From: Macrostomum hystrix
Lineage: Eukaryota; Animalia; Platyhelminthes
Direction: 5' to 3'
NCBI GenBank assembly: GCA_950097015.1
Contig: CATNEN010000039.1
Coordinates: 4,712,001-4,776,000, forward strand
DNA length: 64,000 nucleotides
The notes under the pieces: generated by a model
The model's input: the letters and a program-made list of their open reading frames with translations, nothing else
Told to the model about the DNA's origin: nothing
Databases searched by the model: none
Part shown: piece after piece, positions 35,001-43,039 of the stretch
How positions within the stretch are numbered: the stretch's first letter is position 1
How the letters are laid out: every line of letters begins with the position of its first letter
Made by a program: the position numbers and the translations under genes

Positions 35001-38000
35001 ACATAACGCAATAGGATCCTTTTGGTCGAATAGCCTTCTCGATTTACTCCAAGGAAAAGGAAGTTACTATCAGGGATTCATCTTCTCCAGTGCATGCATT
35101 GTATGGATTCACCTTGCACTAATGATCTTTATCACAGTAGTACGATGTGTAGCACGAGCCTATCCAGCAAAACAACGGATTTTCCAAATTGACAAACAAC
35201 AAGAAACTACTACACTCAACGAAAAAATTGAAGAAACTCTACTACAAGATCAAAGAAAACAATTATTGCCAACAGCACCAGAACCAGAAGCATCAAATAT
35301 TTACCCAAAAATTGAAATCAGAACAGCGAGACCACCGCCGAAATCTCCTCCTCTACCAACGGATCCAAAATGGCCAGCAAATTACATTTGCACCTTGCAA
35401 GCCAATATGGGTAGAGCGATGGCTCAAGTATTTATAAACAACATGCCCAGTAAAGCACTTCTCGACTCAGGAAGTTCAATCACAGTCATCACAAAAAGAC
35501 TCTACGACAAATTGCAACTTCATATGCGACCTTCTTCAATCGCTGTCGCTGGAGCCGGAGGACATGCACTTAATATCCTAGGACAAGTGAATATATCACT
35601 TAAACTTGCAAACAAGCAACTTCTGGTACAAGCATTTGTTATTGACCATCTTCCAAGCCAAGATGTTATTATTGGAATCGACACATTTCGGCAGATGAAT
35701 CTACCATTAACATTTGATTTTAACAAACAAACATTCAAACTGGACAATGTGGAACATCCTTTAGTCAGCCAAGTTCACCTTCAACCAAAAGTACATATTA
35801 AACAAGATGTCTTCATACAGCCGGAAAGTACATGTTGGGTTAAAGCATATCTCGCCAATCATGACGATGTCGAAGAAGCTATGATATTTGAACCAAGAAA
35901 GAAGATCCTCACAACAAAAGAAGTTTTAATACCAACGGCTCTAGTCCTTATCACAAAGGAAAGAAACATCCCAGTACAAATTATAAATCCAAATCAACAT
36001 CCAGTAAAAATTTATGCAGGAACATGCATGGGACATCTCAACACACAAGCTTCGGTAATGCTCATCCAACCAGACACAACAACAAAAATGTCTAAACAAA
36101 AATTCCTACAACAAATTGATCTTTCTCAAAGTCCAATCACTGAAGGACAAAAAACACAAGTTAAAGATCTATTGTGGAAGTATAACGACGTCTTCTGTCA
36201 TCACGATTACGACATCGGATGTGCTCGAGATATCAAGCAAAAAATTGAACTGCTACCTCATCAAGAACCAATCCAATGTAAACCATATCCAGTCGCTAAA
36301 CACCTACAGCAACACTTCGATGAAATCATAGAAAAAATGCTTAAAGCAGGAATCATAAAACGTACCGTCTCAGCTTATTCTTCACCTTGCCTTCTTGTCG
36401 AAAAGAAAGAAACAAACGAAAGACGACTCGTCTGTGATTTCCGAGTCCTAAATAAGTACATTCCCACCGATCAACAAAGTCTACCAAAAATCTCAGAACT
36501 GTTAGCACGACTCAATACGGCGACACTCTTCACCGTATTTGACCTACGACATGGATTCTGGCAAATCGAACTTGAAGAAGAATCAAAACAATACACTGCC
36601 TTCAAAACTTACAAAGGAGAAGTTTTCGCGTATCAAAGAAGTCCAATGGGAATCTCCAACTCACCAGCAACAATGAGCCGTCTTACAGCCTATATGCTAG
36701 CCGGATGTACAAATCTGCTTCACTATGTTGATGATATTCTTGCCTTTGGAAATAACTTTGAACAACTAGTAAAAGTCATGGAACAAGCTCTCTTCTTACT
36801 CCGACAACAAGGTCTAAAACTGCAACCAACAAAATGTAAATTCTGCAGAGATTCGGTCCGATATCTTGGACATCACGTCTCATCACGAGGCATATCACCT
36901 GACCCAAATAACGTCGACAAGGTCAAGAAGTTCCCGAAACCTACGTCAATTACCAAACTGCAGTCATTCCTTGGACTAGCACAATATTTCCGAAAATTCC
37001 TACCTAACTTTGCACAAACGGCTAAACCATTGTACGAACTACTAAAAATTCCAAAGTGGAAAGAAGACAACTGGAAAGCGGAACAACAGGAAAGTTTCGA
37101 TAGAATCAAACAACAACTAACTAGTGATGCTCTTCTCAAACACCCGAACTTCCACAAACCTTTTATCATAGAAACAGACGCATCAGGAAGCGGATTAGGA
37201 GCCGTACTACTTCAGGAAATGGAACCAAAGAAAGAAAAACCGATTGCTTACATCAGCAGAGCGCTAAGACCAAACGAAACAAAATGGTCAGCCACTGAAC
37301 GAGAACTACTAGCTGTTCTATTTGCTCTTCGACAATTCCATTACTACATCTATGGATCACCACTGCCAACTATCATTCGCACAGATCATGCACCGCTGAC
37401 TCACGTTGTTAAAACAAAAGGACAGACGAACAATAGACTCATCCGAATGGTCCTCAAAATACAGGACTACAACTTTCACCTGGTTTACAAACCAGGGCCA
37501 ATGAATAAAGCCGCTGATGCACTGTCCAGAACATACGAGATCAATGCAGTTCATCCAATTCCAACCATAAAAGACTTGTTGAAAGCACAACAAGACGATT
37601 CCTTTTACAAAGCCATACAAGAAGATACAGAAGAAACGGAAAATGAACTTACAAAAATCGAAAAACAATTCTTACGAAAACACAAAAATAGTCTAGTTTT
37701 CAGAGAACTCGCACTCTACTGGGTGTACAACAATATTCCGCGACTGTACCTACCCTACACATTCCGTTCAGCGATCCTACACGAACTCCATGATAGTCCA
37801 TTAGCAGGACACTTATCCGCCAAGAAAACAATCCAGAGAGTCGCCCAGTTCTATTTTTGGCCAACAATGAATTTAGACATTCGCAAGTACTGCACACAAT
37901 GTCACTCATGTGCTTCAACAAAAATCGGAAGACGACAAAAACCTGAATTCCAATCAGTGCCGAAGACAACTACATGGGACACAGTGTCAATTGACATTAC

Positions 38001-41000
38001 CGGACCACTACCACCGGCTCGACAACACTCTATCGACTACAACTACATTCTTACAGCCTTGGATGTTTTTTCGAAATTCGCCGTTGCCATTCCGATACCT
38101 GACATCACAGCGACAACAGTTGCAATGGCCTTCTATAATGAAATTATCTGCAAATTCGGAACTCCTAAGACGCTAACATCTGACAATGGTACACAGTTCA
38201 CATCGCAATTATTTCAACAGGCCGCCAAACTACTGAATATTCAACAAATATTCACTTCGACATATAATCCAAAAGCAAACCTCGTCGAAAGATTTCACAG
38301 AAATCTACATGAAATGCTGACACACTTTGTTTACAAACAACCTGAAGATTGGATTATTTACATACAATCCGTGACAATGGCCTACAATAGCGCAGTTCAT
38401 CGTTCAACAGAGAACACACCATTCTTTCTGATGTTCTCTCGAGACTTTCAACCACCGAATCTATTAGTTCAGAAATTACTGCCATCTCAATATGTTGACA
38501 CGCCGACGACGCTACAAAAGTTCACTTCTCAATTACACCTAGCATGGCAAATTGCAAAACATAATCTCGACAACCAATCTACCGTACCTACAACAAGTAA
38601 TCATGCTTCTACCTTACAAGTAGGAGATATCGTCTACCTACACTACCCGGCACAGCATACGCACAAGCATGCTTTCAAATACAAAGGACCTTTCCGTGTA
38701 ACAGGACTGATATCCGCGACAACAGCACGCCTTGCAAATATCCAGGATCCACATCAACCTCAGTTCTACGTTCACATTCAACGTTTAAAACGCATCACTA
38801 ACGACACTACATTCCTTCCAACGTTACAGAATCCAGACCACACAAAAACAACAAACAAGCACATTGCAACAGCACATGCCGAGACACAAACCACAAACAC
38901 ACCACCAAATACTCATACGTATAACCTACGCCCGCGTTAAATTACTCGTTTATTGTTACCCGTGTAGTGACCGGGATTAAGAATAGCACTACAGCTTCTC
39001 AAGCTTGTCGTAAAAGGCGACTAAAACCTCTGTTCTCTGCAAACGCCCACACAATTTTCGCGAACACTACCATGGACTGTCCTGTCTGTCTTGAAGAATT
39101 CTCATGTAAACTACCATGTATATGTGTCAATAAACACCATGTTTGCGGTTCTTGCTTAAGCCTCGCACACTACAAAAAACCATTAAAAAACTGTCCTTTG
39201 TGCCGTGGAAATCTCCGCCAATGTATGATATGTAACTCATGGCGAACTGTACAATACTGTCAATACGTGATGTTATCTTATTATTGTTAAGCTAAGTCAT
39301 TTTCTTTTCCTCTCAATAATAAATTCGGGACGAATTTTTCGTAAAAAAGGGAGATATTGTAGAGAGTTGTAAAATACGTTTTTACTTAACGCGCTACTTA
39401 AAGTAATGTCACAAGGAAACCTTAGCTATAATGTTTAATCTATTTTTAGGAATGAGTCATGCGCTATTTTTAGAAACAAGTCATGTGACATGAAACCGGA
39501 GAACCGGTTCTTGACAGCTGTGTTTGCTTGAATTCCAAATATGGTAAAGCAAACAATTATGACTCATCGGGTTCTGCGTCTGTGTTTGCACTGTATTCCA
39601 AATATGGTAAAAACTCACAATCATGACTCACTAAACAAATATGTGTGACCTAAGTAAACACCCGGTAGTAGAACCGGTTTTTCCCCAAGGTTTTGCTATA
39701 AATACAAGCGAAAATCCGAGCTAAAAATTCAGACTCGGAGCGGTCCACCGGACTTCAAAACACCTTACGAAGAAGAGGACTCATCTCTGAGGGAAAGACA
39801 AGTGGTAAGCGCTTTATTAGACAGAGTTATTTATTGCTAGCAATAGTTGTTGAATTGAACTAAGTTTACGAGAGCCACATATCGTCGATACATTTGAGAA
39901 AGGCCTCCTTGTTTCCTAGGATACATTCCTAGAGGATTATTGATTGATTTGAATTGAGTTATCCGTTATCTTTCGGAGGTAACGAAGAAGACGCCCTTCA
40001 GGAGGACCTACTAGAGATATACAAGAGAGATTTCAATTGTTCACTAGGGCGCACGTTTCTATTGTGAATTCCGAGCTCGAGGAAACCGAAAAGTAATCTG
40101 ATTCGCTCTCGTCATTTATTGGCCAACAGACAAACTCAAGCAGCTACCAGGAAGACAAAGAAGACAAGACTACAAAGACTCAAGAAGCAACAGAACCAAT
40201 ACTTCACGGTCGACCAGCACAAGAAGAAGAACCGCCGGCTATCGAAAACCAAAGACTACAAACAACTCACTATCAAGGAAGAAGAAGAAACTGCAGTAAG
40301 TGTCACGTGACTGTTATAAATTCCTAGGCAATTGTTCCCCATTGTCTAGAAGTGGGAGTTTCGTGTGTCTGATCAACACGCAAAACTCTTCACGAATAGA
40401 GGAAGTGAGGTGGAATAGAGTGAGGGAAGAAAGAGACGCAATAGAAGAAGATATAAGAAATATGGTAGGAAAGAGAGAATAAAGAAGGAGGAAAGAGTGA
40501 GGGAGTGGGAGAAGAGAGGGAGTAGGGGAAGAGTGATGACAGAAAAAGAGAGAGGAGATATAGGAAAGGGGAATAGGGGAAAAGAAGAGGGACTAGGGGA
40601 AGAGAGAGGGGATAGGGGAAGGGAGGGGATAGGGGAAGAGAGAGGGGATATGGGAAGAGAAGGGATAGGGGAAGAGAGGGGATAGGGGAAGAGAGGGAAT
40701 TGGGGAAGAGAGGGAATTGGGGAAGAGAGGGAATTGGGGAAGAGAGGGGGAATAGGGGAAGAGAGAGGGAATAGGGGAAGAGAGGGGATTGGGGAAGAGA
40801 GGGAATAGGGGAAGAGAGGGAATAGGGGAAGAGAGAGGGAATAGAGGAAGAGAGAGGGGATAAGGGAAGAGAGGGAATAGGGGAAGAGAGGGAATTGGGG
40901 AAGAGAAGAGGGAATGGGGAGGAGAGACGAAATAAAGTTGGAGGGAAGAGGGAGGAGAGAGGGAATAGGGGAGAGCGCACAGCCCAACCCCACCCTCACC

Positions 41001-43039
41001 GCAGCAGCTGGCCGTCTCCTCTATCAGCAGCCAGAGCGGGGAGGCCATCATCCGACTTCGCCTGCGGTGAATGGCGGCGGCCAGCGGCCGGTCGCGACGA
41101 CCCAGGCCGACCACCGGCTCAGCCAGCCAGGCTCCTGACATGGATAAGCCGTCGCTAAGCAAAGAATGAAGCGATTGGCACAGGGCGCCGATGGCCTCCG
41201 CGGAGGCGGCTTGTGCCGGCTGCCTCCCATTGGCCGCGAGCAAAACCAGCCGCTCGGCTGAGGCGGCAGCAGCCGACCAAAGTCGAGCTACTCGGCGAGA
41301 CGGCGACTCCGGGACTGGCAGGCGAGACGGCGACTCCGGGACTGGCAGGCGAGACGGCGACTCCGGGACTGGCAGGCAAGACGGCAGCGCCGACGATAGC
41401 GGGGCTGCGGCCACCGGGGAGCCGCTAAACTCCAGTGGCGGACTGTCGCGATCGTCTCCGTAGAGGCCCACAGTCTGGGGAATCACCTGTGACAGGTGAA
41501 TGGTTCGCGATAGAGTGGGACTTCTATAACTAGCCCTCGATCCCCAATCTAAAATTATCCGTCGCTCTCTCGCGGACAGACCTGGATGTCCGCAGTTGCT
41601 AGCCTGTGTCCAATGCCTGGCTGCTGCTGCTGCTTATCCCGATTCTGATCCTCGCAGCTGGCACATCGGCTCCGCAGCTCCTGGCCCTGACGTCGTCGAC
41701 GAGGAGTACCGACTGCGCCAGTGGCCGTCGAGACTTCCTCCGCGTTGTCGGCGAGTCCGACGCCGTTACTTCGCCGGCGTCGAAGACAAGTGGCTCTGCG
41801 CCGACCAGTGCTGAACAATCGACTATCGCCAGACACAGAGCTTGCTGCGGCATAGGCGGCGCTGCTCTCTGTCGGCAAATCGACTCGCAGGAATGCCAAA
41901 TCTGGCAAATTTGAACAACTAACAGCCTCTCTAATGGATAGGATGGGCTGTCCTCTCCCCTGCTGCCGCGATCGTTGCTGCTGCTGCTGCTGAGAAGATG
42001 ACGAAGAAAGAGAATTGGAAAAGTTAAGCAGCTGCTCAGACTGCCGAATTCTCAGCGTCGACGGGCGCTCAGTTGAGCTGGCGGACTTCAATCCGCGCCA
42101 AGTGGTTCGCCTGGTGCAGGGCGGTGAAGCCTTGGCAGTGCAGGCCAACTGGAACTGCCGCTGACGACTGGCCTGAGATCCTGGGCGCTGCTGAGCCAGT
42201 GCGGCCCAGGTTGTCCCCTGCTGCTGCTGCTGCTCAGGGTAAGTGAAGTCGGCAGTGGGCCGCTGAAGCTGTGGGCTAACTAGGCAGCGCTCACTTTTCC
42301 AAAATGTGCCGCGGCCAATGCCATTGGGCTGTCCTGGACTGTCTTTGAAGCCGCGGAAGCCGCCGTCACCGCCGCGGCTCGGGTTGCTGCTGAGATATCG
42401 ACGGTCCTCTTGAAGCGATTGCGCTACGCTTGGACGGTCTGATTGATATTATAAGGTCGAAATTAAATAAGTTGAGTCAAGGATGAGGGGTGAGTGGCAG
42501 AGCGGTCAAACGCGGTCTCTCGCACCAATGTCCCTGGGCTCGATTCCGCGGCGAGATCACATTCATTTGGGGCGCAGCCACAGAGAAAAGGGCCAACTTC
42601 CAAGGCACAGTGAAAGTGTACAATGCCTGACGATGAGATAGTCAGCGCAGATGTACACACCTGCGTGAGCGAGTCCCTGTGTACGGTATCTGTGTGTTTG
42701 CTTGCTCAGGTTCTGCCCGCAGCCCTCCTGCAAAAAATTATTTTTCAAGCCGGAATGGGTCAGGGAGACATCGGAAGACTCAGGAAGAGTGGGTCGATAG
42801 TAAGATAAGGGATAGTTTACTAAAATTCCTGTGATTAAGAAAGCCTGGAGTGGGAAAATGATAATGAAAAGGATTTGTTCTAGGTTCATAGAAATAATAA
42901 TAAAAGTGCACCCAGTTGACTCACAAGCAATGATCGGCTCAAATGGCTGCATGAACTCGTCATCAAATGCCAAATCCATATCTGCCCCTTGAAGCAGAGA
43001 GTCTGCCAGGCCATGAGAGAAGCTCACAGATCGGTTCAT
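29099..43039 (-). CDS. RUN-domain protein, RUSC1/RUSC2-like; exons 43039-42925, 42438-41582, 41486-41000, 29592-29481, 29393-29099 (~621 aa)
   Basis: The spliced RUN domain reads ALCQSLHSLLSDGL..SPLWLLIEE..G-PINQKL..KFDAFAVACLN-AGILSAWLKRLCSSDALLKRHYRPSAAL. All four GT/AG junctions give a consistent frame (phases 1, 0, 1, 2). The N-terminal start is uncertain. Confidence 0.72.
29690..30724 (+). repeat. 5' LTR (1035 bp)
   Basis: TGTAGAGAG...AACTCTTCA; appears identical to 39358-40392; TATA-like TATAAATA at ~30028. Confidence 0.96.
29780..30040 (+). promoter_or_regulatory. LTR U3 enhancer/promoter: 3 AP-1 sites, 2 Grainyhead-type AACCGGTT, 2 CArG boxes, TATA
   Basis: TGAGTCA at 29785, TGACTCA at 29892 and 29956; AACCGGTT at 29834 and 30004; CCAAATATGG at 29867 and 29930; TATAAATA at ~30028. 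Confidence 0.55.
30727..30744 (+). other. Primer-binding site TGGTGATCTCGCCCAGG (tRNA not assigned)
   Basis: Starts with TGG, 2 nt after the LTR end. Confidence 0.75.
31261..38940 (+). CDS. Single polyprotein: Gag (CCHC knuckle) - Env-like glycoprotein - aspartic protease - RT - RNase H - integrase (~2559 aa from ATG 31261)
   Basis: Gag knuckle CYTCGRIGHYARDC. Internal signal KKKKRHILIRWLFSAIVMLLLPTVVPS, Cys-rich ectodomain with many NxS/T sites, RKRR, TM GFIFSSACIVWIHLALMIFITVV. Protease ALLDSGS; RT FDLRHGFWQ and YVDD; RNase H ETDASGSGLGAVL; integrase HDSPLAGH..CTQCHSC, IDITGP, SDNGTQF, VERFHR. Confidence 0.93.
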   Translation: MARRNYQVHRDIKETVGMYTMDKDFNTFIDHFDLVSREYGLQNAEKALLLPPLLQGTAREIYGKLTAAVQQDYQALVTQLRAQFARCGTNRSVLLHKLHNRKMSPTESFLTFVDDIRKIIKALHQPPPLDQGAQPIGPAESAARERQRLEDREQSLILHVINNAQPTLRDRLLRETINTEEQLLRCGMQWEASAPLMTTHNSDTTQLAEQLSKLMQQHQTSAIVPQQQRYSYPQPQQRYLHTSTCYTCGRIGHYARDCRSRGNPRSYNDNRQTNWTRPPRQLSNRNWTNSRQQDSRPSNAIVPYRQQRNPPPPRQPTQVRRQYTQAIEPEYTQTIEPKFKIEDLMPDFSVNVLDELEKQKKEQEINDLHLDNDGAAYITIIESDHSKEPPMPQKETEDTEENNFYYNNESTQEIQNDNTSNDSSCIMGSLFEELSIPSPKESVAFNTCQHIERKQLQQQIKGLFKIPTMSDLSKILQNKEGIDELSTSTERNNEDHSAKNSHNTSEENISMLQILVDDIDLTETPPSTPKYKPDPEYENITHVNSSEGQNGHDKAVNTESYYSKHDRSSQTKSDYNTSMENDDDHIYDEPTTWIDMRTDTTSTVLQTLNTPLTFNMKQPTWYNQQTRPSGCNNPWHFSMRLTPPIGETEDQRYSINTNKPTPPTKVKKKKRHILIRWLFSAIVMLLLPTVVPSSVPMICPTDANIQPVIYKIPTEIKCSYFKTNQTKPIPLTIDVYKANTKKHRQYGIICFRDKHELEKVWYIQWNRIRFWQTALPVTQEECLQWNQTLFSKDGELHADEKLGNSQLFRTKNSANGRYVHWNEYIWPRYTTTNSYLIRKVLFYHNPFENMESLQLSMEDCKYNTGFCETAKLWNEAVWQVPLAPTYHQNYKWQIEHRHSPYYEITEYQRQYFVAWKVEPNIDCKFQKYHTIKGNLLSNTFLASTSDFALTFPKKPKYLQINCKENSKKLLVSEQEIPLELRDMDEDTFMRLVNGTYSTRTNTARKRRELQRPSMVSARLLAAKLAAMEHNLHKELNYLHKSLIQLTCRMHETALNYARQNYYVNPTSTFRKITGIQDALAIPISGHLLIYKCVPLHHFNILPSNTSTTCYDKPRIEAYYNGKRIQGFLDTVHNIIVGTAIPRPCTDAANYFNINNKLHKVSTTGHITNITGMQAIIDETYELSDLQLKINKTTYKPFGDIKLDEITPGWTINDFLQVFIAQRQMMKKLFTQHNQQDKEQSFSTGFIIHNAIGSFWSNSLLDLLQGKGSYYQGFIFSSACIVWIHLALMIFITVVRCVARAYPAKQRIFQIDKQQETTTLNEKIEETLLQDQRKQLLPTAPEPEASNIYPKIEIRTARPPPKSPPLPTDPKWPANYICTLQANMGRAMAQVFINNMPSKALLDSGSSITVITKRLYDKLQLHMRPSSIAVAGAGGHALNILGQVNISLKLANKQLLVQAFVIDHLPSQDVIIGIDTFRQMNLPLTFDFNKQTFKLDNVEHPLVSQVHLQPKVHIKQDVFIQPESTCWVKAYLANHDDVEEAMIFEPRKKILTTKEVLIPTALVLITKERNIPVQIINPNQHPVKIYAGTCMGHLNTQASVMLIQPDTTTKMSKQKFLQQIDLSQSPITEGQKTQVKDLLWKYNDVFCHHDYDIGCARDIKQKIELLPHQEPIQCKPYPVAKHLQQHFDEIIEKMLKAGIIKRTVSAYSSPCLLVEKKETNERRLVCDFRVLNKYIPTDQQSLPKISELLARLNTATLFTVFDLRHGFWQIELEEESKQYTAFKTYKGEVFAYQRSPMGISNSPATMSRLTAYMLAGCTNLLHYVDDILAFGNNFEQLVKVMEQALFLLRQQGLKLQPTKCKFCRDSVRYLGHHVSSRGISPDPNNVDKVKKFPKPTSITKLQSFLGLAQYFRKFLPNFAQTAKPLYELLKIPKWKEDNWKAEQQESFDRIKQQLTSDALLKHPNFHKPFIIETDASGSGLGAVLLQEMEPKKEKPIAYISRALRPNETKWSATERELLAVLFALRQFHYYIYGSPLPTIIRTDHAPLTHVVKTKGQTNNRLIRMVLKIQDYNFHLVYKPGPMNKAADALSRTYEINAVHPIPTIKDLLKAQQDDSFYKAIQEDTEETENELTKIEKQFLRKHKNSLVFRELALYWVYNNIPRLYLPYTFRSAILHELHDSPLAGHLSAKKTIQRVAQFYFWPTMNLDIRKYCTQCHSCASTKIGRRQKPEFQSVPKTTTWDTVSIDITGPLPPARQHSIDYNYILTALDVFSKFAVAIPIPDITATTVAMAFYNEIICKFGTPKTLTSDNGTQFTSQLFQQAAKLLNIQQIFTSTYNPKANLVERFHRNLHEMLTHFVYKQPEDWIIYIQSVTMAYNSAVHRSTENTPFFLMFSRDFQPPNLLVQKLLPSQYVDTPTTLQKFTSQLHLAWQIAKHNLDNQSTVPTTSNHASTLQVGDIVYLHYPAQHTHKHAFKYKGPFRVTGLISATTARLANIQDPHQPQFYVHIQRLKRITNDTTFLPTLQNPDHTKTTNKHIATAHAETQTTNTPPNTHTYNLRPR
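39072..39290 (+). CDS. Small RING-finger (C3HC4-like) accessory protein, 72 aa, between pol and the PPT
   Basis: MDCPVCLEEF..C.CVNKHHVCGSCL..CPLCR; Kozak-like ACCATGG; AATAAA at ~39318. Confidence 0.7.
   Translation: MDCPVCLEEFSCKLPCICVNKHHVCGSCLSLAHYKKPLKNCPLCRGNLRQCMICNSWRTVQYCQYVMLSYYC
39343..39354 (+). other. Polypurine tract AAAAAAGGGAGA
   Basis: Lies 3 nt before the 3' LTR. Confidence 0.8.
39358..40392 (+). repeat. 3' LTR (1035 bp)
   Basis: Matches the 5' LTR; followed by the TSD CGAA. Confidence 0.96.
40397..40975. repeat. Purine-rich low-complexity/minisatellite tract (GGGGAAGAGAGGGAATA-like)
   Basis: Direct inspection; intronic. Confidence 0.9.
42485..42735 (+). mobile_element. 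tRNA-derived SINE copy (internally deleted)
   Basis: gagtggcagagcggtcaaacgcg..gctcgattccgcggcg..cctgacgatgagatagtcag..cccgcagccctcctgc. Confidence 0.75.

Larger units (their letters stand above)
29690..40392 (+). mobile_element. Full-length Ty3/Gypsy LTR retrotransposon (endogenous-retrovirus-like), antisense in the RUSC-like intron
   Basis: Two 1035-bp LTRs (TG...CA), 4-bp TSD CGAA (29686-29689 / 40393-40396), PBS, PPT and an intact polyprotein with PR-RT-RH-IN order. Confidence 0.97.

Noticed and set aside
42550-42560. 11-nt complementarity between this SINE copy (GGCGAGATCAC) and the LTR element PBS
   Set aside because: Other SINE copies read GGCGAGGCCAC, so it is probably a chance variant; a host tRNA is the expected primer.
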